Positions 44,970-63,039 of a stretch of 64,000 nucleotides of DNA are shown here, in pieces. Every line of letters starts with the position of its first letter. Position 1 is the stretch's first letter. A program made the translations under genes and the position numbers. This stretch comes from an uncultured Gemmatimonadaceae bacterium (GTDB taxonomy: Bacteria > Gemmatimonadota > Gemmatimonadetes > Gemmatimonadales > Gemmatimonadaceae), in contig CAWJMB010000002.1 of NCBI GenBank assembly GCA_963843845.1, positions 3,008,001-3,072,000 of the forward strand, given 5' to 3'. Under the pieces are notes generated by a model, which did not search any database, was not told the origin of the DNA, and saw only the letters and a list, made by a program, of their open reading frames with translations.

Positions 44970-47579
44970 TCATTTCGGCTCGAGGATCGCCGTCGCGCGA
45001 TCGGCGATGTCGCTCCAGTGCGCCCGCTCCATCGCGCCGCTCGCACTCGCTGCCTTCGCACGCGCGTCCGTGCGGATCTCTCGCAACTGCGCGCGGGCGA
45101 GCGCCGGCAGATCGCTCTGCGCGTACGATTCGCCGCCGTCACGAACGGGATCGCTCGCTGCGGCGCGCCGCCGCCCGGACCGCCCGCCCCTCCCCCGCCG
45201 CCCGGCGGCGCCGCCGGCGCTGCGGGCGGACTGACATCGCCTCGAGTCGCTGCACGTACACGCGCTGCAACGCGCGCCGGTTCGCGTCCGGGGGCGAGCC
45301 GCTCCAGATCGCGCGCCGCAGGTCCGCCAGGTACTCGGCGAGCGGATACGCGTTCGCGCGCATCGTACGTCTCGGAGGCCGCGAGGCGCGACGAGCCGCG
45401 CAGGACTGAGCAGCGACGTCACGATGCGCCGCCTGTCGCGCCGGCGAGCACCGTCGACGGGCCGATGCGCGAGACGATGTCGCGCGGCTGCAGCCACGTC
45501 GGCGTCGCGAACATGTTCGCCGAGGAACGCGAGCGCGGCGCTTCTGCTTCGCTTTCGGCACGACGCGATACACGGCGCCCTCTGGTCCGCCGTCTTGAGA
45601 TCGACCTTCACGCCGCCGATCGACGTCGCGACGTGTCCCATGTAGCCCGACCAGCGGCCGATCGACTCTTCGTAGACCTCCTGCAGCTCGCTGAAGTCGT
45701 CGCCCGCGCTTCGTCGTCCACGCGACGAGCTGCGGGATCATCCGCTTGTAGTTCATGACCGCGTAGGTCGACGACTTCACCGCGTCGTCGCCGAGGTCTT
45801 CGGTCTGCTTGCGCGGGTCGCCGCTGCCCAGGTCCTGCGAGACGAAGCGGTAGGGAATCGGGCCGCCCGCTGATCCGTGAGCCACCGGTTCAGCGTCGGC
45901 CGCTCCGCCGTCGGCGCTCGGCGCGGCGATGACGCGATAGCCCCAGTTGATCGCGAAGTCGTCGAACGGTCCGAGGCGGCGGATGAAGTCCTTCGTCTTG
46001 AGTCCGTCGGCGGGCTGCGCGACGTAGTTCTGCCGCGCGTAGTCCATGATCGTCGCGCTGACGCCGTACTTGCTCGTGAACGACGGGCTGCGCAGCGAGT
46101 CGGTCGGGAACGAGCCGACGCGATCATGTTGTGCTGCAGGCCCAGCGCGTGGCCGATCTCGTGCGTGATGACCTGGCGCATCGTCTCGCCCATCAGCTCG
46201 TCGGGAATGTCGAGCGAGCGCGCCATCGGGTTCGCCGCGCCGGTCTCCATGATGAGCCAGTTGCGGTACGAGCGCATGTGGTTGTGGTACCAGGTGATCT
46301 CGCTGTTGATGATCTCTCCCGAGCGCGGGTCGTGCGTGTGCGGGCCCGACGGCGTTGCGCGTGAGGCTCGCCGCCCAGCGCACGACGCGAGTAGCGCGCG
46401 TCGTCCATGTCGAAGTCGGGATCCTGCGCCTTCGTTGGCGCTTCCTTCGCCAGGATGGCGTTCTTGAAGCCCGCCTTCTCGAACACTTGCTGCCAGTTCT
46501 CCACGCCCTCCTTCACGTAGCGCTTCCAGCGCGTCGGCGTGCCGGGTCGAGGTAGTAGACGATCGGCTTGACGGGCTCGACGAGCTCACCGCGCGCGTAC
46601 GCCGCGGGGTCCTTCGGCTCGAGGCGCCAGCGCGTGATGAAGTCCTCGCGTCGCCGCCTTCTGCACGTCGAGGCCGTAGTTCACGCGATCACGGAGAAGT
46701 AGCCGACGCGCGGGTCGAACGTTGCGCGGCCGCATCGGCGTCTTCGGCAGCAGGACGATCGACTGCCGCGTCTCCATGGTCACCGTCGCGCCGTTCGGAT
46801 CGTCCGGCGGCGTCGCCGCGTCGAACGTCTGCACCTGCCGCACTTCGATGTTGATCGGGAAGCCGCGCACGCTCGCTGATGTAGCTGCGCGCCGCGATCG
46901 AAGCGGCGCACGCCGTAGGTGCGGCGCTGCGCGGCGCTCAGCCCCGAGGTGGCGGGGTTGTCGGCCGCGAAGAAGTCGGTCACGTCGATGACGTAACGCG
47001 TTGCTGTCGCGCCCGAACGCCGCGATGGGAAACGCGCCGATGATGGCCGGAGTAGTTGTTCTGCGCGACGCTGCGCGCGATCGGCAGCGAGTCGTCGGCG
47101 ACGGCGTCGACGTTGATGCTCGTACGAGCAGCGCGGTCGTTCACGCGCTCCCAGCGGATCATGCGCTCGTTGAGCGAGACTGCCGCGCGCTCTGGAAGCC
47201 GCCGGTCCCCGCGGGCGCGCCCGACGACGCGCGTGACCATCAGGAAATCGCGCCCGACGAGCGAGTCGGGAACCTCGAAGAAGTAGCGTTCGTCGACCTG
47301 GTGCACCGTGATGCCGCCGCGGTCGGTCCGCGCGCGGTTCGTGATGACCTGCGCGTACGGGCGCGGTCCTCGGCGCGGTGGCTGCGCGGCGGCGCCGGCG
47401 GCGGGCGCGCTCGACGACGAATCGGTCCCGGGTGCGCCACCGCTCGCCGGTGGCTGCGTCGCCGGCGCGGCGCGAGCAGGCGCCGGAGTGGGCGTGGCGG
47501 CAGCTGGGGGCGCGGCGGCGCGTGGCGCACAGCCGGCCACGAGGAGAGCGCCGACGACGGCGACGCGAACGACAGACAT
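44970..47579 (-). CDS. Zinc-dependent metalloprotease lipoprotein (DUF5117/DUF5118/EcxA-type), many frameshifts
   Basis: Lipobox LVAGC, PRPYAQVIT, LLPKTPMRPR, KEGVENWQQVFEKAGFKNAI, DPRSGEII, HEIGHALGLQHN, TIMDYAR, GPFDDFAINWGY. Confidence 0.88.
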
Positions 47580-47707
47580 GCGATGAGCGGTGAGGGGGCG
47601 ACGAGCGGCTATGCTACAATAGCGCGCTGTCGCGCCCTGTTGCTCCTCGTCGTGGACGGACGGCGTGGACCGACGGCGCCGACGCGCGCCGACGCGCGCC
47701 GCGCGTG

Positions 47708-48874
47708 CTAGGCGAGGTCGAGCGTCCGGCCGGCCAGACGCGCGATCAGCGCGAGGCGGAACGTCATGTCGGCGACGCGGTGCTCGCGGATCGACGGATC
47801 GCCGAGCGGATAGGTCGGCCAGTCCCACGCGCGCGTGGACGGCCCGAACGTCGCCGGGCGCCCCTTCCAGAGTCCGTCGCTATCGCGCTCCGCGAGCAGC
47901 GTGTCGAGCAGCCTGCTCCACGCCGCGTTCGTCTTCAGGTACCCGATCCGCGCGAACACCTCGAGCCAGGCGAGCGTCGTCGGAAGCGCTGCCGACTTGT
48001 CGGTCCCCGCGACCGCCCCCACGAGCGGGTCGCCGAGGACGAGCTGCGGCTGATCGACGGCCTGCTTGCCGAGGATCTGGCGGAGCGTGGTCGTCGTCGG
48101 CGCGGCGGCGAGGTATGTCCCGAGCTTCGCGATCTCGTCCTGGTGCTCGCTGCGAAAGCGCGGCATGTGCGCGAGCATGACGAGCAGGTGCGCCGACGGC
48201 GGCGCCGCGTTGGCCGGAAGCGGTTCCTTCGGGTCCGCAGCCGGCTTCGTCGCATCGCCGTCGCTCTGCTGCGCCGTCAGCGTCGCCCGCACGTACGTCG
48301 CGACCCGGTCGAGCATGCGCACCGCGGCCCCTCTGAGCCGCGGATCGGCCTCGTAGCCGAGTTGGGCCAGCGTCGCGGCAGCCGCCTCGCGGAGAACGAG
48401 GCGGCCGCGGCGCACGAGATACTCGTCATCCCCGCGCGTATCGCTCCGCAGCTCGAACAGGAACTCCGGGTCCGTGTCCTCCGCCAGCAGCCGGAAGAGG
48501 ATGCGCTTCGCGCAGAGGAACGGCGGCGCGTTCAGCTCCCACCCGTACTCGAGCAGTCGGCGCACGGCCGGAATCGTTCCGACGCCGGTGAAGTTCGGAT
48601 CGTCGGGCGGCGGCACGGAGAGAATCCGCGTTCCCCACGTGCCGTCGCGGTGCTGCTGCATGGCGAGGCGAAGGGCCGGCTCGTACGCGTATGCGGCACT
48701 CGCCGCGGCGCGGGTGCCGTCTCCCGGCGCGAGCTCGAGCAGGGCGCGGACGCGCACCGGCCAACTGCCGTGGTCGAGGAGCCACTGCATCGGCACCCGG
48801 AGCGGTGCGGCAGGGAGAGCGGGGGCGGCGGGCTCGGGCGCAGCCGGCGCGACGTTCTGAGCGGGAACGGTCAT
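47708..48874 (-). CDS. Hypothetical protein with prenyltransferase/squalene-cyclase-like QW repeats
   Basis: Clean ORF with QWLLDHG, QHRDGTWG and RDSDGLW motifs. Confidence 0.55.
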   Translation of the reverse strand: MTVPAQNVAPAAPEPAAPALPAAPLRVPMQWLLDHGSWPVRVRALLELAPGDGTRAAASAAYAYEPALRLAMQQHRDGTWGTRILSVPPPDDPNFTGVGTIPAVRRLLEYGWELNAPPFLCAKRILFRLLAEDTDPEFLFELRSDTRGDDEYLVRRGRLVLREAAAATLAQLGYEADPRLRGAAVRMLDRVATYVRATLTAQQSDGDATKPAADPKEPLPANAAPPSAHLLVMLAHMPRFRSEHQDEIAKLGTYLAAAPTTTTLRQILGKQAVDQPQLVLGDPLVGAVAGTDKSAALPTTLAWLEVFARIGYLKTNAAWSRLLDTLLAERDSDGLWKGRPATFGPSTRAWDWPTYPLGDPSIREHRVADMTFRLALIARLAGRTLDLA

Positions 48875-49031
48875 GGCGGCGCAGAACTTACCGCGAAATC
48901 CGCTGCGCACCAGACGTCGCCCCTTTCCGGCAAGCAAATGTTTGCTCCGGGCTTAACGTCGTGCCCCTCGACCCGTCTGCTTCATCGACGCGCCGCGCAC
49001 GGAGCGCGGCCACGCAGCAGAGGGAATTTCG

Positions 49032-49556
49032 ATGCATGCAACTCGTCTCGCGGCGCTCGGCGCCGCGCTCACGCTCGGCATCTCGACGGCGATCGTCGCC
49101 CAGCCGCCGGCCGGCCGCGACCGCCCGGCCGCTTCGGCGACCGACACCACGCGGCGCGGCGACCGTACGCTCCGCAAGCAGGGAGTTCGCGACCGTGGCC
49201 CGCGCGATCGGGCGGTGCGCGCCGGACGCGGCCAGCGACGCGCGCTGTTCCAGAACGTGAACCTGACGAAGGCGCAGCAGGAGCAGGTCCGGACCATCAT
49301 GGCGCGCTCCGCCGAGCAGCGCCGGGCGCTGTTGCAGAACGCGCCACGCACGCGGCGGGACAGCACGGCACGCACGCAGCTCCGGGCGCAGACGCGCGAG
49401 CTCCAGACACGTCAGCTGAATGCGCTCCGCACCGTGCTCTCGGCGGAGCAGCGGCGCACCTTCGACGCGAACGTCGCGAAGGTCCGCGACCGGAACGAGG
49501 CACGAGTGGAGGCGCCGCGGCCGCACGCCCCACGGCGCGGTGTCCGCGCCGGCTGA
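49032..49556 (+). CDS. Spy/CpxP-like periplasmic protein (LTxxQ motifs)
   Basis: Signal peptide; NLTKAQQEQVR and VLSAEQRRTFD. Confidence 0.8.
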   Translation: MHATRLAALGAALTLGISTAIVAQPPAGRDRPAASATDTTRRGDRTLRKQGVRDRGPRDRAVRAGRGQRRALFQNVNLTKAQQEQVRTIMARSAEQRRALLQNAPRTRRDSTARTQLRAQTRELQTRQLNALRTVLSAEQRRTFDANVAKVRDRNEARVEAPRPHAPRRGVRAG

Positions 49557-49598
49557 GCCAGGGTCGGCATCGAGTGGTCGAAGCAGACGCAGTCGTTC

Positions 49599-49635
49599 GC
49601 GCGGGGCGGAGATTCAGTGAATCTCCGCCCCGCGC
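49599..49635. terminator. 18-bp inverted-repeat hairpin after the Spy-like gene
   Basis: GCGCGGGGCGGAGATTCA-G-TGAATCTCCGCCCCGCGC, extended by GACGCAG/CTGCGTC. Confidence 0.65.
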
Positions 49636-49718
49636 TGCGTCTTCGCCGCTTGTCCCCCGACCGGCCGGCGGCGATCTTCACCGCGTGAATCGTCGGCTGC
49701 GGACCCCAGGCTGACCGC

Positions 49719-50559
49719 GTGCGCGGCGAGTTCGTCGACCTCGGCGGCGCGCGACTGTACTACTTCGCGGCGGGAACGCGCGGGGCGGGCGAGCCGATCG
49801 TGCTGCTCCACGGCTTTCCCGACCTCGTCGCACCTCTGGGCGAAGGTGGTGCCGCTTCTCCCCGACGGACACCGCGTCGTGGTCGTCGACCTGCTCGGCT
49901 ACGGCCGCAGCGACCGGCCCGCGATGCGCCCGCTCACGCTCCGCGCGCACGCCGAACGCGTCATCGAGCTGCTCGACGTGCTCGGCATCAACTACGCGTG
50001 CGTCGTCGGGCACGACCTCGGCGGCGGCGTCGCGCAGGCGATGGCATCGCGCTGGCCGCAGCGCGTCTCGCGACTCTGCCTCGTGTCGTCGGTGGCGTAC
50101 GACGGGTGGCCGGCGCGCGAGATGCGACTGCTGCGCGCGATGCTGCCGCTCACGCGCCACCTGCCGCCGACGTGGCTGCTCGGCTTGCTCCGCAAGGAGC
50201 TGCTCGCCGGCTACACCGACCACGAGCTCGGCGCGCACTCGATCGACCGCTATGTCAAGCCGTTCGGCGACGGCCGAGGGGCGCGACGCGCTCGTGGCGC
50301 ACCTGCTCGCGCTCGACGCGGCGGAGACGATGGCGCTCGCGCCGCGGCTCAAGGACTCGTGATGCCGTGCGCGATCGTCGCCGGCGCGCACGACCCCTTC
50401 CTGCCGCGCCGCGGTCGCCGAGCGGCTGCAGGCGGACGATCCCGGACGCGACGCTCGACATCGTGCCCGACGGTCGCCACTTCGTGCCCGAAGAGTCGCC
50501 CGAGGCGCTGGCCGACGTCGTCACGGCGCTGCTCGCCCGCGAGCCGCTCCCTGCAATGA
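49719..50559 (+). CDS. Alpha/beta hydrolase, epoxide hydrolase/dehalogenase-like (Asp nucleophile), frameshifted
   Basis: VLLHGFP, DLLGYGRSD, GHDLGGG, GRHFVPEESP. Confidence 0.85.
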
Positions 50560-50879
50560 CCGCACCTGCGAAGATCGACACGTTCCGCGACATGGTCGCG
50601 AAGAACCCCGAGAACCACCTCGCGCACTTCGGCCTCGCGAACGAGGCGCAGAAGCTCGGGCTGCACGCCGAGGCGGCGGAGCACCTGCGGGCCTACCTCG
50701 CGCGCTACGACGACGAGGGGAACGGCTGGGGCCGGCTCGCCGAGGCGCTCGTCGGCGTTCGGCCGCACCGACGAGGCGCGCGAGGCGTTCATCAGCAGGG
50801 CATCGAGGCGTCGCACCGCTTCGGCCACCCGAGCATGGCGGCCGAGATCGAGGAGAGGATCGAGGAGCTCGGCGCCTGA
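50556..50879 (+). CDS. Small TPR protein
   Basis: MVAKNPENHLAHFGLANEA...DDEGNGWGRLAEAL...GIEASHRFGHPSMAAEIE. Confidence 0.75.
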   Translation: MTAPAKIDTFRDMVAKNPENHLAHFGLANEAQKLGLHAEAAEHLRAYLARYDDEGNGWGRLAEALVGVRPHRRGARGVHQQGIEASHRFGHPSMAAEIEERIEELGA

Positions 50880-51041
50880 CCGACGCGCCGACCGGCCGCC
50901 TACCGCGCCGCCGAGTCCGGCCGGAGCGCGCCGAGGTGAGAGTCGCTGCTCGGTTTCCAGAGCGTCCAGCCGCCGACCACGTCGTCTCGCCCGCGATCCC
51001 CTTCACGTCCGGCGGGCGCACGACGCGTCATGCGCCGGGTC

Positions 51042-53467
<2,426 letters not shown>

Positions 53468-53523
53468 GAGCGCGGCGCGCGGGGAGGAGCGGAGCTGCTC
53501 CCCGTACGCGGCGCGGCGCGCGC

Positions 53524-55700
<2,177 letters not shown>

Positions 55701-55803
55701 TCGGACGAGTCGCTACGAGGAGGCCGGGCGCTGGCCGGGAGGGTCACACAAGTGTATCACCCCCTGCGATGCGTGAACAGGGACGCAGGGCGGCATCGCC
55801 AGT

Positions 55804-55867
55804 GAACACGGCTGGGACGCCCGAGGAACGCCGCAGGAACGCCGCAGGAACGCCGCAGGAACGCCGC
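55804..55867. repeat. 11-bp-period GAAC array (4 perfect AGGAACGCCGC plus 2 degenerate units)
   Basis: GAAC at 55804, (GGAC 55815), 55826, 55837, 55848 and 55859. Confidence 0.9.
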
Positions 55868-56062
55868 GCCGTTGCGGCAGCACGGTCCGAGGCGTGTGAC
55901 AGCCCGGCATGTCGACCGGTCGGGCGACTCGCCACGATGGCGGGTCCAGCGTGTGCGGATCGTGCACTTTCGACGAATCAGCAACCAGAGGCGCGCCGTG
56001 TGCGTTCGCCTTTCGGGATCGAGTGGGCGGCTCTTACCGCCCCAAGACTACGGATGACCTGT

Positions 56063-58658
<2,596 letters not shown>

Positions 58659-58660
58659 GG

Positions 58661-58905
58661 GCGTTCGAACTGCGGTTCAGCCGCACTTCAGGCGCACTTC
58701 TGCCGCGGTCGAACAGCGGTCGAACGACGGTGATACGGAGCCGTGAAAGCGGACGAGAAACGGCGGTACCTACGGCTCAGCGCGCGTAGGTACCGCCGCT
58801 TCTCGTCCGCCGTGAGTCAAACCGTATCACCGCGGTTCACCCGCCGTCGAGCGGCGGCGGAACAGCGGCGGAACAGCGGCGGAACAGCGGCGGAACGAGC
58901 GAACC
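58661..58905. repeat. Composite intergenic element: long hairpin flanked by 11-bp-period (G/C)TTC and GAAC arrays
   Basis: Stems CGGTGATACGG/CCGTATCACCG (58728-38/58822-32), GCGGACGAGAA/TTCTCGTCCGC and CGGCGGTACCTACG/CGTAGGTACCGCCG; about 4 x GCGGCGGAACA at 58854-58897. Confidence 0.85.
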
Positions 58906-58909
58906 CCGA

Positions 58910-60982
58910 TCACCGCATCCCGGGATGCCGGAAGATCGACCACGCGTCGAACGCCGCCGCCCCGGGCTGCGTCCCGTCGAGGAAGTACTCCGTGTACCGC
59001 CGCTCCGCCGGCGTCGCCGCGTCGGCGGGGAGCCCGGTCTGGCGGTCGATCTCCATCGCCACGAGCCCCGCCGGCGGCAGCCACGGCGCCGCCTCGCGCC
59101 CGCCATACCACCGGCCTAACGCCTGGCCGACGATCGGCGCGGCGAGCGTCCCCCCGGCCGCGCCGGGTGTGATGGTCTTCGGCCGGTCGAAGCCGAGCCA
59201 CGCGCCCATGACGAGGTCGGGCGTCACGCCGACGAACCAGACGTCGACGTTGTCGTTCGTCGTCCCCGTCTTCCCGGCGATCGGGATGCGCGCCGGGAGA
59301 TACTTGCGCACACTCGTCGCCGTCCCGCGCTCGACGACGTCGCGCATCATGTCGCGCACGATGAACGCCGCCCGCGGGTCGAGCGCGAGCTGCGGCGGAG
59401 CGACGGTCGGCGTCCACACCGTCCGGCCGGCGCGGTCCTCCACGCGCACCACGAAGCGCGGCTCGACGGCGACGCCGAGGTTCGCGAACGTCGCGTAGGC
59501 GGTGACGAAGTCGAGCGGCTGGACGACCGACGCGCCGATCGCGCTCGACGGGTACGGCGCGATGGTCGCCCGGATGCCCATGCGGTGCGCGAGCGCCGTC
59601 ACGGTGTCGGCGCCCAACAGCTGCCACAGCTGCACCGCGACCGGGTTGCGCGACCGCGTCAGCGCTTCGCGCAGCGGAATGAGGCCGAGGAAGGCGTTGT
59701 CCGAGTTCTCCGGGCGGTAGGTCTGCCCGTTCGCGAGCGGGATCGCGATCGCCGTGTCGCCGACCGGCGCGTTCGGCGGAAGTCCGGCCGCGATCGCCGC
59801 CGCATACACGATGGGCTTGAACGACGACCCTGGCTGCCGCTGCGCGTCGACGGCGCGATTGAATGGCGAGTCCTGATAGTCGCGTCCGCCGACGAGGGCC
59901 CGCACCTCGCCGCTCGACGGCTCGACGGCGACGACGGCGCCCTGGAGATAGCTCGTCTGCCGCGCGCCGGCGCTCGTGCCCTTCGCCTTGGCCTGCGCGT
60001 ACGTCGCGTGCCGGTACCCCGCCCGCCCCTCGATGGCCGCCGTCTGCTCGGCGAGCGCGTCGACGGCGGCCTGCTGAAGCGCCGCGTCGATCGTCGTGTA
60101 GATACGGTAGCCGCCGTCGCGGACCGGCACGTTCGCGCGCTCCGCCTGCACGCGGACGACGTCGATCACCCAGGGCGCCGTCGCCGCCATGCCGCCGTTC
60201 GGCACGGTCTTCACCCGCTCGCGCGACGCTGCGTCGGCCTGGGCGCGCGTGACGTACCCCTGCTCCGCCATGAGCGCGAGCACGAGGTTGCGCCGCTCGC
60301 GGTTCCGATCGGCATGCCGGATCGGATCGTAGATGGCCGGACTCTTCGGCATCGACGCGAGCGACGCGGCCTCGGCGAGCGTGAGCTGCGACGCGGGGTG
60401 CCCGAAGTAGTGGCGCGCGGCGGCGTCGATCCCGAACCAGCCGTGGCCGAAGTCGAGCGTGTTCAGGAATGCCTCGAGGATCTGCTCCTTCGAGTACTGT
60501 CGCTCCATCTCGAGCGCCGCCTTCTGCTCGCGCACCTTGCGCTCGACACCGGCGACGCCCGACCGCTCGCTGCGATCGATGAGGTCGGGGTGCATGTTGC
60601 CGACGAGGAGCTGCGTGATCGTGCTCGCGCCGCGCGCGCCGCCGGTCACCGCGTCCTTCAGCGCGCCCGCGATGCCGACGACGTCGACGCCGTTGTGCTG
60701 ATAGAATCGCTTGTCCTCGACGGCGATGAACGCCGTCGGCACGTGACGCGGCAGCGTGCGGAGCTGCACGCTCGTGCGCACCTGGCGCCCGAACTCGCCG
60801 AGCATCGCGCCGTCGCGCGCATAGACGACGGTCGACTGCGGCAGGGGGATGATGCGCCACGCCTCGCCGGTCGAGGGCCGGGCGGGCTGCGGCGTCGGCG
60901 GGGCCTGCGCGCGCAGCGTCGCGCCGATGAGGAAAGCAGCGGTCACGCTCTGACGCAGTGCCCGCGATACGAACTCAGTCAT
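58910..60982 (-). CDS. mrcA: Class A penicillin-binding protein (PBP1A family)
   Basis: Transglycosylase EDKRFYQHNGVD, GASTITQ, RKVRE, KEQILE; transpeptidase QPGSSFKP, SRN, GKTGT. Confidence 0.93.
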   Translation of the reverse strand: MTEFVSRALRQSVTAAFLIGATLRAQAPPTPQPARPSTGEAWRIIPLPQSTVVYARDGAMLGEFGRQVRTSVQLRTLPRHVPTAFIAVEDKRFYQHNGVDVVGIAGALKDAVTGGARGASTITQLLVGNMHPDLIDRSERSGVAGVERKVREQKAALEMERQYSKEQILEAFLNTLDFGHGWFGIDAAARHYFGHPASQLTLAEAASLASMPKSPAIYDPIRHADRNRERRNLVLALMAEQGYVTRAQADAASRERVKTVPNGGMAATAPWVIDVVRVQAERANVPVRDGGYRIYTTIDAALQQAAVDALAEQTAAIEGRAGYRHATYAQAKAKGTSAGARQTSYLQGAVVAVEPSSGEVRALVGGRDYQDSPFNRAVDAQRQPGSSFKPIVYAAAIAAGLPPNAPVGDTAIAIPLANGQTYRPENSDNAFLGLIPLREALTRSRNPVAVQLWQLLGADTVTALAHRMGIRATIAPYPSSAIGASVVQPLDFVTAYATFANLGVAVEPRFVVRVEDRAGRTVWTPTVAPPQLALDPRAAFIVRDMMRDVVERGTATSVRKYLPARIPIAGKTGTTNDNVDVWFVGVTPDLVMGAWLGFDRPKTITPGAAGGTLAAPIVGQALGRWYGGREAAPWLPPAGLVAMEIDRQTGLPADAATPAERRYTEYFLDGTQPGAAAFDAWSIFRHPGMR

Positions 60983-61019
60983 GCGGGAACATACACCGCC
61001 TGCGAATTACGTTTCACGC
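60983..61019. promoter_or_regulatory. Back-to-back -10 boxes (TATGTT on minus, TACGTT on plus) for probable leaderless transcripts
   Basis: 37-bp divergent gap; the boxes lie 5 and 6 nt before the two ATGs; no Shine-Dalgarno. Confidence 0.6.
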
Positions 61020-62858
61020 ATGTCGCGACCGCTGACGCTCGCCCTCGTGCAGTTCAAGCCGGCCAAGGGGAACTACGCCGCGAACCTGCGCCGGGTCGGC
61101 GAGCTGCTCGCCGCGTGCGACGCGCTGGACCCGCGCCCGAGCGTCGTTCAGCTCCCCGAGACGGCGCTCACCGGCTACTTCGTCGAAGGGGGCGTTCGCG
61201 ACCTCGCCGTCACCGCCGGCACGCTCGCCGCCGACCTCGACGCGTCGTACCGCGCGGCGGGCGGCGCTCGGGGGCTCGACGTCGTCGTCGGGTTCTACGA
61301 GGTGTGGCGGAACACCCTGCACAACTCCGCGGCGTACGTCACGGTGGGGGACCGGGCCACGACCGTGCACCACGTCCACCGCAAGCTCTTCCTCCCCACG
61401 TACGGCCTGTTCGACGAGGAGCGGTTCGTCGAGCGCGGTCTCGACGTCCGGGCGTTCGACACGCCGTGGGGGCGGGCGGCGATGCTGATCTGCGAGGACG
61501 CGTGGCACTCGCTCAGCGGAACGCTCGCGGCGCTCGACGGGGCGCAGCTCGTGTTCGTCCCGTCGGCCGCCCCGGCGCGCGGCGCGTGGCCGCGGAGCGA
61601 CGGCGTGCCGGGGCCGGCGACGGCCGCACGGTGGGAGCGCCTCGTGCGCGACATCGCCGAGGAGCACGGGGTGTTCGTGGCGTACACCAACCTCGTCGGG
61701 AGCGAGGGGGGCAAGAGCTTCGCCGGGACGTCGAGCATCGTCGGGCCGAACGGCGACGTTCGCGCGCGGGCGCCGGCGTGGGACGAGGCGATCGTGTCGA
61801 TCACCGTCGACCTCGACGACATCACGCGGGCGCGGGCCGACTCGCCGCTGCTGAACGACCTGCGCGTGGCGCTGCCGCATCTACTCGATGGGCTCGACGA
61901 GATCCGGCGGCGGGTGCCGGCGCGACTGGAGTACGACGCGGCGCGGACGGACGACGGCGCGGGGCTCGTGCGCGCCGCAGGTCGCGACGCGACGCACGCC
62001 GCCGGCCTCCGCATCACGCAGCACCCCCTCGCCGAGCACGGCACCCCGCCACCGCTCGATGTCGACGCGGCGATGGTCGAACAGTGGCTCGTCGCCTTTC
62101 TCCGCGACGAATTCGCTCGCCGAGGCTTCGGCAAGGCCATCGTCGGGGTCTCGGGGGGCGTCGACTCGGCCGTCACCGCGTTCCTCGCTGCCCGCGCCCT
62201 CGGCGCCGACAACGTCGTCGGGGTGCGGATGCCGTATCGGACGTCGAGCGCCGATTCCCTCGCCCACGCCCAGCTCGTCGGCGACGCGCTCGGCATCGAG
62301 CTGCGTACGGTCGAGATCACGAACGCGGTCGACGGCTACCTCGCGTTCGAGCCCGACGCCGACCCCGCGCGCCGAGGGAACGTGATGGCGCGCATGCGGA
62401 TGATCGTGCTGTTCGACCTCTCGTCACGCTACCGCGCGCTCCCGGTCGGCACCGGCAACAAGACCGAGCGGCTGTTCGGCTACTTCACCTGGCACGCCGA
62501 CGACTCGCCGCCCATCAACCCACTGGGCGACCTCTACAAGACGCAGGTCTGGGCACTGGCGCGCCAGCTCGGCGTGCCTGGCGTCATCATCGACAAGCCG
62601 GCCTCGGCGGACCTCATCACGGGGCAGACGGACGAAGGCGACTTCGGGATCAGCTACGCCCGGGCTGACGAGCTGCTGAACTGGCTGCTGCACGGCCACA
62701 CACCGGACGACCTCGTCGCCCGCGACTTCGACCCGGCGGAGATCGAGCTCGTTCGCCGACGGCTGGCCGGAACGCACTGGAAGCGGCGGCTGCCGGCGGT
62801 CGCGATGATCAGCCCGACGGCGATCGGCGAGGCGTATCTGCGCCCGGTCGACTACTGA
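61020..62858 (+). CDS. nadE: Glutamine-dependent NAD+ synthetase (nitrilase + NadE domains)
   Basis: PE.ALTGY, HRKLFLPTYGLFDEERF, ICEDAW; SGGVDSAV, GNVMARMRM, GTGNKTE, GDLYKTQV, KPASADL..GQTDE. Confidence 0.95.
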   Translation: MSRPLTLALVQFKPAKGNYAANLRRVGELLAACDALDPRPSVVQLPETALTGYFVEGGVRDLAVTAGTLAADLDASYRAAGGARGLDVVVGFYEVWRNTLHNSAAYVTVGDRATTVHHVHRKLFLPTYGLFDEERFVERGLDVRAFDTPWGRAAMLICEDAWHSLSGTLAALDGAQLVFVPSAAPARGAWPRSDGVPGPATAARWERLVRDIAEEHGVFVAYTNLVGSEGGKSFAGTSSIVGPNGDVRARAPAWDEAIVSITVDLDDITRARADSPLLNDLRVALPHLLDGLDEIRRRVPARLEYDAARTDDGAGLVRAAGRDATHAAGLRITQHPLAEHGTPPPLDVDAAMVEQWLVAFLRDEFARRGFGKAIVGVSGGVDSAVTAFLAARALGADNVVGVRMPYRTSSADSLAHAQLVGDALGIELRTVEITNAVDGYLAFEPDADPARRGNVMARMRMIVLFDLSSRYRALPVGTGNKTERLFGYFTWHADDSPPINPLGDLYKTQVWALARQLGVPGVIIDKPASADLITGQTDEGDFGISYARADELLNWLLHGHTPDDLVARDFDPAEIELVRRRLAGTHWKRRLPAVAMISPTAIGEAYLRPVDY

Positions 62859-63039
62859 GCGGCGCGTCGCCACGGTCGTCCGTCGACGAGCCGCCAGGAG
62901 TCGACCGGCGCCTCGACGGAGCACTTGTACGAGCCGAGGCGTCGGATAGCTTCAGGGAACAACTCGTTCGCGTCCCCCCGGACGTGGCCGCCCGGCCGCG
63001 TTCGTCCCGCACGTTGTCCCCTGGTCCCCTGCGGCCACG

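Noticed and set aside
49719..50879. Apparent hydrolase-TPR fusion ORF
   Set aside because: The region has several indels, and the TPR protein has its own ATG at 50556 overlapping a TGA. Two genes is the simpler reading.
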